From an uncultured Victivallales bacterium (GTDB lineage: Bacteria > Verrucomicrobiota > Lentisphaeria > Victivallales > UBA1829), in assembly GCA_964483055.1 (NCBI GenBank), contig CAZAAM010000001.1:1-38087 (forward strand): a DNA stretch of 38,087 nucleotides. Reading direction: 5' to 3'. The translations under genes and the position numbers were made by a program. Below, in pieces: positions 26,835-34,511 of this stretch (position 1 is the stretch's first letter; each line of letters starts with the position of its first letter). The notes beneath the pieces were generated by a model. That model made no database searches and had not been told where the DNA came from. It worked only from the letters and a program-made list of their open reading frames with translations.

Positions 26835-27683
26835 TCACATCTTCAACTTCAACGTCTCCATAATGTCCGCATCCAAATGCGCATGAAACGCCAGCGGCTC
26901 GTAGACCTGCTCCAGCATTTCAATGAATTCGAAGCACTTCAGAGACCAAGCGCGTTTCATTTCCAACGGCAGCTTGGAAATGATGTGAAACGCGTGAAGA
27001 GAAAATGCGCTTAGAAACTGCGCTCTGCGCATTTGACGATCGACCGGCGCAATGAATTCTCTGTCTTCCCCGCGCGTCAGCCAATAGATGTGATCCACGA
27101 TCACGCTCCTCTTGAAGGGATACAGGAATCCGTCCGGTCCGCTGCGATAGAAAGCGCTCCAAGTCGGCAGCGGATGCGCCCGGAAGGCGCTCCCGTCCCA
27201 AACCAGCAGGATCTCGTCGTCGGCGAAGCAGAGACCGCCCGCCTTGCGAAAACGCTTGGCCGTCGTGCTCTTTCCGATTCCGCTCTGTCCATACAAAAGA
27301 ATGCCGTGTCCCGGCTCCGTCTCGAGAAGCGTGCCATGCGTCATGGCAAGCGAAGGCGTCCGAAAAAAGGCATGAATGCAGGCGCAAGCCAACAGAAGAC
27401 GCCACTCGGACGGCACGAACGGCTTGACGACTTTCGGATCACGCAGGACTTGAAATTCGCCGTTGGAATCCGCCGCAAGATCCACAGTCCAAATGCGGAA
27501 TGGCTCGAAGCCGGAAGAAAGCTCTGTCGTCAAGAGAGAATCCGGCGGAACATCCGAAGCTCCCGTGCAGGAAAGGCCAAGGAGTTTTGCAAAACGATGC
27601 AATGAAAGAGCTGGAAGCTCCCCCTGCGCCCGCAGGACGACGCTCCCAGCGCCTGTTTTCAAATTCAGGTCAACACGTTCCAT
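26835..27683 (-). CDS. HPr-kinase-C-terminal-domain-like P-loop serine kinase (HprK-related)
   Basis: Track ORF 26835..27779; the ATG at 27683 has GGAGG 9 nt upstream, whereas the ATGs at 27779 and 27731 lack a good SD. THGTLLETEPGHGILLYGQSGIGKSTTAKRFRKAGGLCFADDEILL parallels the HprK core H-G-x-l-v-x-x-x-G-x-G-v-L-i-x-G-x-S-G-x-G-K-S-E...ADD. Confidence 0.75.
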   Translation of the reverse strand: MERVDLNLKTGAGSVVLRAQGELPALSLHRFAKLLGLSCTGASDVPPDSLLTTELSSGFEPFRIWTVDLAADSNGEFQVLRDPKVVKPFVPSEWRLLLACACIHAFFRTPSLAMTHGTLLETEPGHGILLYGQSGIGKSTTAKRFRKAGGLCFADDEILLVWDGSAFRAHPLPTWSAFYRSGPDGFLYPFKRSVIVDHIYWLTRGEDREFIAPVDRQMRRAQFLSAFSLHAFHIISKLPLEMKRAWSLKCFEFIEMLEQVYEPLAFHAHLDADIMETLKLKM

Positions 27684-28102
27684 GAACGGAAGCCTCCAGA
27701 TTCGCTCGCCGCAATCCGCGGAGCGGGACATTTTGCCTTGTTTGCTTTGCAAAGAAAAAACATTTTCGCAATATATCATTTCACTTACGAAAAATCAAAT
27801 CCCTTTTCCAGCCGCGTCCTGCATTTTGCCTGCGCCGCAGACATCTTTTTTCAATTCGAAACGATGACGGCCGTCTTTTCGGATTCACACTGCAGAGAGC
27901 GTTTGCATTTTTTCCGTATTTGAATTATAGTAACCGTCAAGAAGAATCGCGCCTGTTCGTTTCCTAATCATGCGCGCCGCCTTCCGTTTCCCGCTTCCTT
28001 GTTGCCAATGGAAACGCCTTTTTCAAAACGGACGGACGGCGCACGGACGCGACTCCAACCGAATGTCGTTGTCAACTCAAGTCAATTGAAAGGCAGCATG
28101 TC

Positions 28103-28957
28103 ATGATGAAGCGTCTCTCTCTTTTCGCCGTCGCTGCGCTGGCCGCGCTAGGATCCTTTTCCATCTCATTCGCGCAACCGCCCGCATCCAATGCTGCGAA
28201 GTCCGTCCGTCCCGAAAGCAGAAAGGTCAACCCCGAATTCGCGAAGCTGATGAATGAAAACGCGGCCTTCGTTCAAACCTATTTCAGGAATCCGAATCCG
28301 GACGGGATCTCGGAAATGTTGCGGAAATTCGATAAGGCGGCCGCAATCACTCCGCTCAATGCGACCTCGGTCGCGCCGCTCATAGGCTTCCTCATGGAAG
28401 TCTTCCGAAGCAATCCGGGGCGCATCGACGGGTGGATGGAGCTCGTCGACTCGTTGCAGTCGCCGCAGTTGCGCGAGGCGACGCTGAACGGACTTCTCTT
28501 CGCCGGAACCGAGTCTGCGAAGGCGGCCGCGAAAAAATACATCGCCAAGCATCCGGAATACAAGGACATCGATCCCTATAACCTCCGCAAGCCCGGCTTC
28601 CTCGATGGCGAAATCCGCAATCCGACGAAGATTTCCGCCTGCTGGGGCGCGTACTTCGCCTCGGGAAAACAGGAATATTCCCAGGCTGTCCTTGCCTGCG
28701 CCGTCCGAAATCCGGAAGCGAACAATCCGGCCGACATCCTCTGCGTCCGTTCCGCTCGCCTTGGGCTGGTCCTTTTCTCCCAAAAGAATCCAGAGTTGAA
28801 GAAGATGCTTTCCGAGTTTCTCCAAAACGCGACGCCTGAACAAAAAAAAGGATTCGCCATGGTCATGAGCGAAGAAATGCAAAAGCAGACTTTCGGCTCC
28901 GTCCTTTATCCGCAGAAGCGCGTCCGTCTTCAGAAAGAACAGTCTCCCGCGCAATAA
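28103..28957 (+). CDS. Secreted, mostly helical protein of unknown function
   Basis: Signal peptide MMKRLSLFAVAALAALGSFSISFAQ. No family recognised. Divergent from the kinase/heptosyltransferase cassette. Confidence 0.65.
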   Translation: MMKRLSLFAVAALAALGSFSISFAQPPASNAAKSVRPESRKVNPEFAKLMNENAAFVQTYFRNPNPDGISEMLRKFDKAAAITPLNATSVAPLIGFLMEVFRSNPGRIDGWMELVDSLQSPQLREATLNGLLFAGTESAKAAAKKYIAKHPEYKDIDPYNLRKPGFLDGEIRNPTKISACWGAYFASGKQEYSQAVLACAVRNPEANNPADILCVRSARLGLVLFSQKNPELKKMLSEFLQNATPEQKKGFAMVMSEEMQKQTFGSVLYPQKRVRLQKEQSPAQ

Positions 28958-29023
28958 GCGCCGAACATCCGCTGCACGAACCTGAAAAACTTAAATCTTT
29001 TGACGAAACCGCGTCAAAAATCC

Positions 29024-29082
29024 GGCTTCGAATCTGATTTCATGAATTCTCAAACTGTTCGATGAAGACGATTCGAAGCCGA
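29024..29082. repeat. 12-bp perfect inverted repeat CGGCTTCGAATC / GATTCGAAGCCG with 35-nt spacer
   Basis: Arms at 29024-29035 and 29071-29082, read directly. It is flanked by an 8-bp-stem hairpin TTTTGACG-aaaccg-CGTCAAAA (28998-29019) and a GCCGAT...ATCGGC-TTTTT element (29079-29120). Confidence 0.7.
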
Positions 29083-29449
29083 TCCGTCCTGCCGGCGAAT
29101 CCCCGAAAATCGGCTTTTTGACAGAAGCTTTTCTGCCGAACCGGATTTGTTCGAATTTTGAGTGAAATCCTTCCTGAAGATCAAGGGAGCAAATTCGCGC
29201 GCTCGGCGATCGTCTCTCCAAAGAAAGAAACATTAAAGAAGCGCGGGGCGAAAATTTCATTCGCTCCTGGCGTCCCGGACGGGAAAAAACGGCAGAAGCA
29301 ATCTTCTATTCAGGCCGTTTTATCGGAACGCCGCGCCCTCCCCTTCCCGCCTTTCGCATGCGCGGCACAGGTCGAAGCGAGGCTGTCGCAAATGGCGCGC
29401 TCATGGGGTCGATGATGAAACGCATGTCGGAACGAGAAGGAGCTTCCGT

Positions 29450-30160
29450 TCACTCCTTTTCGCGAAACTCGATGTAATCGATCATCGTTACGGCATAGGA
29501 TTTCGTATACTGGCTGTTGGAGGAAATGCTTAAAGCGAGATTTCCGGGAACCTTTCCGAACTTGTCGATCACGTCCTTGTAGACGTTGACCTGATCCGTA
29601 TGCCAAAGGTTCATCCCGTCGTTCTTATTCCGCATCGCGCGCCAGAAGACGGTGACGAAGCCGTTGTAGTTCGCCTCGCCGGTTTCTCCCTTCGGAGTCT
29701 CGGTCTCCCATGTGTAGGAAACGCTGGTCTGCTTGAAGCGGCCGTACCCGACGTAGATCGCAATGCCCTGGTCGTCCTTCGCCTTCACACGGGCGTCCGC
29801 GCCGGTCGGAAGCTCGACGGCCTTCCACCGCCAGCGCATGATCGGATACTTCGCCAGATCGATGTCGGAAATGTCCGCCATGACGACGCCGGTCGCCTGC
29901 GGGGCATTGATTTGAAGAACGTTGTGCTTGAGCTCCGGATCTTCGACGATCGCGTAGCGGACGTCCGGAGTGCGAAACTTTCCCTTGTAGGTCCATCCGT
30001 CCGGCCGGCCGTCATCGTCGAGCTTCGCACGCTGAAAGTCGAAACGGATCGCCTTCACTCCGTCGTCGTCCTTGACCGGAAATCCGGATACGCCGGAGCC
30101 GGCGTGCAGCGCGATCGCGCAGAAAGTCAAAAGCAGAACATTCGCAAGTTTTTTCATCAT
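29450..30160 (-). CDS. DUF3047-like secreted protein
   Basis: Signal peptide MMKKLANVLLLTFCAIALHA. The layout W..KGKF..Y.IV......VL...A....G.......DL..YP.MRWRWKV......GAD.R.K..DD.....YV resembles DUF3047 (recalled, not searched). Confidence 0.7.
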   Translation of the reverse strand: MMKKLANVLLLTFCAIALHAGSGVSGFPVKDDDGVKAIRFDFQRAKLDDDGRPDGWTYKGKFRTPDVRYAIVEDPELKHNVLQINAPQATGVVMADISDIDLAKYPIMRWRWKAVELPTGADARVKAKDDQGIAIYVGYGRFKQTSVSYTWETETPKGETGEANYNGFVTVFWRAMRNKNDGMNLWHTDQVNVYKDVIDKFGKVPGNLALSISSNSQYTKSYAVTMIDYIEFREKE

Positions 30161-30240
30161 GCCGCCCCATTCTTTGCTTGTTTGCAGAAAAAGGATTTTT
30201 CTTGTTCGACGCAGCTCGCCGCCGCGTCTTCATAGCCGAT

Positions 30241-30268
30241 AATATACCTTGCAGCAATGCAAATGCAA
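30241..30268 (-). promoter_or_regulatory. Candidate sigma-70 promoter, TTGCAT-16 nt-TATATT (minus strand)
   Basis: The minus strand reads TTGCAT (30268-30263) and TATATT (30246-30241), about 80 nt upstream of the DUF3047 ATG. Confidence 0.4.
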
Positions 30269-30305
30269 TCGAATTTTCGAAAATGCGAAAAAACGAAGTC
30301 GCAGT

Positions 30306-31472
30306 TCAGTTCCGACGCGCAATTTCGTCTTCGAACAATGGAATGGAGAGCAGCTTCAGCATCCGTTGCAGATCCTTCGCATCAAGTTCGGTCGGAGGGA
30401 CGCATCGGTCGAGCGAAAGGCTCGCCGCCAAGCCTGCCGCCTGGCCGGTCGCAACGCAGGCGGGAATGGAGCGGATCATGTCGCGGCTGCGCCCCTGAGC
30501 GCCGATGCATCGGCCTGCGGCAAGAAGATTCTTCGGTCCTGAGGCGGGAAGAAGGACGCCGTAGGGAACTTCCAACACAGGTCCGGGAATGCGCCAGTCC
30601 GGGACGAGCGCCACGGAATCGGGAAAGCGCCGAATCTCAGGATCGCCGGTCACGGGATGCGCGGCTCGGATGAAATAGGAGCAGCGCGTCTGCGGAATCG
30701 AAGGAAGCGCAAGCGGAAAAAGTCGCGTCCGCTCCATGCCCTCCGCGTGCCGCTCCTTGTACCATTCGCGCAATAAGCGGCGTGCCGAACGGAGATCTTC
30801 CGCAGGGTCGTCCGCATTCGTAGCAAGCGGCCAGGAATCCGTCCGCAGGGCGAGATTCTCGTCGTCGACGTCCGTCCAACGGTAGTCGCCCAAGGCGTAT
30901 TCATCGCAGGCGAGATGCCACATGGAAAGCGTGTCCGAGACGCGTTCGCACGGCACGCCCGACAACCGCGAAAGGAGGGCGTCGCCAGTCGCATCGACGA
31001 ACCGGCGCGCAGCGATCTTCAAGCGTCCGCGTCCGTTTTCGATCGTAAATGAAATCAGCGTTCCGCGTTCGACTCGCGCTTTGCAGATGCGGCTGTCGTA
31101 AAGGACCTCGACGCCGCTTTCCTCCAGCAGCTCGTCCAAGGCCAGAATGAGAGAGGCGGGAGAAAACAAGCAGAGAAGACGCTCGCGCGGCGGCGCGTGC
31201 TTCGCGCTCCGCCAGTTTGGAGAAGGTTCTCCCGGACCGTAGCGCATCGCCGCATGAAAGAACTCCTCAGCCATCCCGGCGCAAACCTGTCGTCCGTTGC
31301 CGTCGCACATCGGCAGCCAAATCATGACAAGACCGCCCGTCGCCAAACCTCCCGGCTGAAAGGTCTTTTCCACGAGGACAGTCTTCTTGCCAGCGCGCGC
31401 GGACTGCAAGGCGGCGGCGACTCCCGCAACGCCCGCGCCCGCGACGGCGACATCATAGAATACGGTCTTCAT
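30306..31472 (-). CDS. FAD-dependent oxidoreductase
   Basis: Track ORF 30306..31598; the ATG at 31472 overlaps the permease stop (ATGA). MKTVFYDVAVAGAGVAGVAAALQSARAGKKTVLVEK is a Rossmann GxGxxG with an acidic end. Substrate unknown. Confidence 0.8.
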   Translation of the reverse strand: MKTVFYDVAVAGAGVAGVAAALQSARAGKKTVLVEKTFQPGGLATGGLVMIWLPMCDGNGRQVCAGMAEEFFHAAMRYGPGEPSPNWRSAKHAPPRERLLCLFSPASLILALDELLEESGVEVLYDSRICKARVERGTLISFTIENGRGRLKIAARRFVDATGDALLSRLSGVPCERVSDTLSMWHLACDEYALGDYRWTDVDDENLALRTDSWPLATNADDPAEDLRSARRLLREWYKERHAEGMERTRLFPLALPSIPQTRCSYFIRAAHPVTGDPEIRRFPDSVALVPDWRIPGPVLEVPYGVLLPASGPKNLLAAGRCIGAQGRSRDMIRSIPACVATGQAAGLAASLSLDRCVPPTELDAKDLQRMLKLLSIPLFEDEIARRN

Positions 31473-33241
31473 CGCCCCAACGCCTTGACGGGAGCGATCG
31501 ATTCGACTTCCATCGCCGCCGGCCATTCGGAATCCGAATTGGAAATCGTATGCATCCTTCCGGAAAGGACGCGAGGCTGACCAAGAGACCTCTCCCATTC
31601 CGCCCGGAGCGAATCCGGCACGGAAACGGCAATCCGTGCGGAATCCTTATCCTGCGAAGCGCGCGCCGAAGCGGCGAAAACGCCGTTCCCGCGCAAAGAC
31701 TCCGGAAGAACGACTCCCTGCATTCCCATTTCAGGGACAGCGGTCAGGATCGTGTTCTTGTCATGGAAGACGCGCTTTTCCTGTGCGGAGAGATTTCGGA
31801 ATTCAATCGAGGAGGGACGATCTTCCATGAACGGCGAGCAAAGAAGAATCGCAGTCACGGCGATCGCGCCGGAAGCAAGCGTCACGATGAAGCCGATCTT
31901 CAGCCAGCCCCAGAAGGAGACATGACAGCCGCTCGCCTTCTTCTCCAGCATGCCAAGAGCGACAATGTTCGCCGTACTGCCGATCATTGTGATGTTGCCG
32001 CCGAAGCATGCTCCGAACAAAAGCGCCCACCATAAGGGAAGATCGCGCACGCTCGTGGAGAGCTGCTCGATCACCGGGCTGAACGCAGCGACGAAGATGA
32101 CGTTGTCGACGAATGCCGATCCGATCGCCGACGAGGTGAAGATGAACGGAACGAGCGATGTCGTCTCCGTTCCGCATACGGAGGCGAAGAACTCCGCCAT
32201 GCGCTGATCCACGTGCGTGAACTCCAACGTGCCCGCTACGGCGAACAGCAGCATGAAAAAGAGAAGCGTCCACCAGTCGACCTCGCTTTCAATATAGTGG
32301 CGCGCACGGTTCTGCTTTAGACTCATGACGCCTCCGGCGCAGACCAGGGGCGTCACGAGCAGGACGGAGTTCTTCTCCAGTCCAAGCAGCGACTCCAAAG
32401 GATGATGCGATGCGATGGTCAAAATCGTCAGAACCATCAACGCGAGTCCTGCCTTGTAGGGAACCTTGACGACAGGCGCAAGGGAAAGCCCCTGCGCAAG
32501 TCGGTCTTGCAAGCTTTCGTCGAACTTGCGCAAATCCTTTCGATAGAATAAAATCAGCAACATGATCGCCGTTGCAAGAGCAAGCAGCATCACGGGGAAC
32601 GCCCAGAGCATGAAGTCGCCGAACGTCAGCCCGCCCTTCGTTCCGATGTAGATGCCGACCGGGTTGCCCATCATCGTGCCGGAGCTTCCGACGTTCGTCG
32701 CAAGCACGGATATGATCACATAAGGCGTCGGATTGAGCTTAAGTCGATCGCAAACCTGAAAGATCAGCGTGGAGATGAAGATGATCGATGTCACCTCGTC
32801 CACTGCGCAGGCGAGAAGAGCCGATGCGGCGGAAGTCACCGCCACGAACTTCGTTCCGCTCAGGTTCGGCATGGAAACGATCAGCTGCACGATCCATGTG
32901 AAAAAGCCAAGATCGCGCAACGCTCCTACGATCACCATCATGCCGACGAGAAAGAGTATCACCTGCAGGGATGACGATATCACGAACTGCTGAATGTTCA
33001 AGGAGTTCGTAAAGATCAGGACGGCGATTCCAAGAAATGCGATCGCCAGACGGAACTTCCAGAAGAAGAGCGTTCCGAAGATGATGGCGACGAACACGGC
33101 GCACGCCGTGGACTGCGTCTGCGTCAGTGCAAGGCGTCCGGCGAAATATACGGCGAAGCTTGCCAGCAAAAGGACGCCGAAGCGGATGAAGGTCTGTTTC
33201 GCTGGCGATCCCGATTCGGAGACGGATGCGGCTTCCGGCAT
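31469..33241 (-). CDS. ArsB/NhaD-SLC13 (CitMHS/DASS-like) anion permease with ~110-aa soluble C-terminal extension
   Basis: AAGGAGGA SD. About 480 aa of repeated TM hairpin-type text (VGSSGTMMGNPVGIYI ... GGNITMIGSTANIV) typical of this superfamily, followed by a polar tail. Confidence 0.75.
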   Translation of the reverse strand: MPEAASVSESGSPAKQTFIRFGVLLLASFAVYFAGRLALTQTQSTACAVFVAIIFGTLFFWKFRLAIAFLGIAVLIFTNSLNIQQFVISSSLQVILFLVGMMVIVGALRDLGFFTWIVQLIVSMPNLSGTKFVAVTSAASALLACAVDEVTSIIFISTLIFQVCDRLKLNPTPYVIISVLATNVGSSGTMMGNPVGIYIGTKGGLTFGDFMLWAFPVMLLALATAIMLLILFYRKDLRKFDESLQDRLAQGLSLAPVVKVPYKAGLALMVLTILTIASHHPLESLLGLEKNSVLLVTPLVCAGGVMSLKQNRARHYIESEVDWWTLLFFMLLFAVAGTLEFTHVDQRMAEFFASVCGTETTSLVPFIFTSSAIGSAFVDNVIFVAAFSPVIEQLSTSVRDLPLWWALLFGACFGGNITMIGSTANIVALGMLEKKASGCHVSFWGWLKIGFIVTLASGAIAVTAILLCSPFMEDRPSSIEFRNLSAQEKRVFHDKNTILTAVPEMGMQGVVLPESLRGNGVFAASARASQDKDSARIAVSVPDSLRAEWERSLGQPRVLSGRMHTISNSDSEWPAAMEVESIAPVKALGR

Positions 33242-33277
33242 GGTTCTCGTTCCTCCTTGTCCCTTTTGCTTTTCCTG

Positions 33278-34201
33278 TCATTCCCAGAAGAACTGCGCGC
33301 AGAAGGCGTGCAGCACGACGATTCCGACCGCCTTGCCCTCCGCATCCAAAATCACGATTTGCGGAGCCTTGTCCACTAGAAACAGCTTCGCCAGCTGAAT
33401 GGCGGGCGCGTCTTCGCGGACGGAGACGAAATCGCTTCGCATGACGTCGGCGATCTTCGTGTCGCCGGAGGATTCCAGCATGTCCTTGAACGGCTGGAAC
33501 TGATAGATCGAGGACAAATCCTCCATCCAGAGAATATGCTCAGGCAGACAAAACTTCAGAAGATCGGCCAGCGAGACGACGCCGCGGAGATCTCCGGTCG
33601 CGTCCAGCACAAGAAGATCCGGCTGCATCTTCGTGGCGAAAAGCTCCAGCGCGTCACGAATCGTGTTCGTCTCCCGCACGGTCGTGAAGTCGCGAAGCAT
33701 CACGTCCGCCGCAGTAAGATAGTCCCGCATCATCACCTTGTTGCGGGAAAAGAACGACTTGATCTCCTCCGGATAGTTCAGCTTTGCAATGCGGTCCGTC
33801 GCGTCCGGCTCGCGGAACGACTCCGACAATGCGGACAGAAGCTGCAAATGCATCGTCGGATCCTCCGTCGCAGAGAGAATCAGAATCGCAACCTTGACGA
33901 TCATGTCCTTCTGACCGGAGTATTCGACGCCGTCCGGACAGATCGCCAAAGCGACGAGCGGGCAATCGAGACCTGGCAGACGCGCATGCGGGACGGCAAG
34001 TCCTGGAGCGATCATCGTGGGGAAAAGCGCCTCCCGCTTCAGGATTTCCGCTTCGGCCTGTTCTCGATCCAGATCCGGGAAATGCCGTTTCAGCGTGTCG
34101 AGCATGAGGCGCAACAGCGCATTCCAGTCGTCCGGGTTTGCTCCGCAGATGATGTTGTTCGGGAGAAGATACGTGCTGAAATTGCGGGCCGCTTCCGTCA
34201 T
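33278..34201 (-). CDS. PTS EIIA(Ntr/Fru)-type domain fused to a CBS-domain pair
   Basis: Track ORF 33278..34228; the ATG at 34201 has GGAGGA 8 nt upstream. EIIA-2 text includes the phosphorylatable His context GLAVPHARL. Two CBS-like units follow (TAADVMLRDFTTV...; IADVMRSDFVSV...). Confidence 0.75.
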   Translation of the reverse strand: MTEAARNFSTYLLPNNIICGANPDDWNALLRLMLDTLKRHFPDLDREQAEAEILKREALFPTMIAPGLAVPHARLPGLDCPLVALAICPDGVEYSGQKDMIVKVAILILSATEDPTMHLQLLSALSESFREPDATDRIAKLNYPEEIKSFFSRNKVMMRDYLTAADVMLRDFTTVRETNTIRDALELFATKMQPDLLVLDATGDLRGVVSLADLLKFCLPEHILWMEDLSSIYQFQPFKDMLESSGDTKIADVMRSDFVSVREDAPAIQLAKLFLVDKAPQIVILDAEGKAVGIVVLHAFCAQFFWE

Positions 34202-34243
34202 AAAACCTATCCTCCGCGTAAAAATCAACTGTTTCTGTTTCCG

Positions 34244-34271
34244 AATATACTATGAAACAGAGCTTTTTCAA
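34244..34271 (-). promoter_or_regulatory. Candidate sigma-70 promoter, TTGAAA-16 nt-TATATT (minus strand)
   Basis: The minus strand reads TTGAAA (34271-34266) and TATATT (34249-34244). The 7-bp inverted repeat CTGTTTC/GAAACAG (34229-34235 / 34254-34260) brackets the -10. Confidence 0.4.
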
Positions 34272-34303
34272 TCCGCTATTTTCATTTTTTCACATGAAAC
34301 GCC

Positions 34304-34332
34304 TTGCCTCCGCGCGTCCTTCATGGTATATT
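34304..34332 (+). promoter_or_regulatory. Candidate sigma-70 promoter of the thiC leader, TTGCCT-17 nt-TATATT
   Basis: TTGCCT at 34304-34309 and TATATT at 34327-34332, directly upstream of the riboswitch. Confidence 0.4.
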
Positions 34333-34349
34333 ACGCCTAAATGACATTG

Positions 34350-34452
34350 CACGCATGAAAGCGGGGTGTCCGCACGACGGACGGAAAGGGAGAGACGCAT
34401 CTTCGCCCCGATTGACCTGATTCGGATCATGCCGAACAAGGAACGTTCACAG
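34350..34452 (+). promoter_or_regulatory. TPP (THI-box) riboswitch
   Basis: GGGGTG...GGGAGAGA...CCCC...GACCTGATTCGGATCATGCCGAACAAGGAAC matches the THI-element core (GGGGUGC...CUGAGA...ACCUGAUCUGGAUAAUGCCAGCG.AGGGA). It lies in front of thiC. Boundaries are approximate. Confidence 0.8.
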
Positions 34453-34511
34453 AAAAAAGAGCCTCCTCGCGCATCTCGGGTCTCATGCCAGGACTAAGGA
34501 AGGATCTGCCG

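Noticed and set aside
28991-29415. ORFs 28991..29260- (89 aa) and 29158..29415+ (85 aa) in the convergent spacer.
   Set aside because: They have no SD and implausible composition, and they overlap the inverted-repeat structures.
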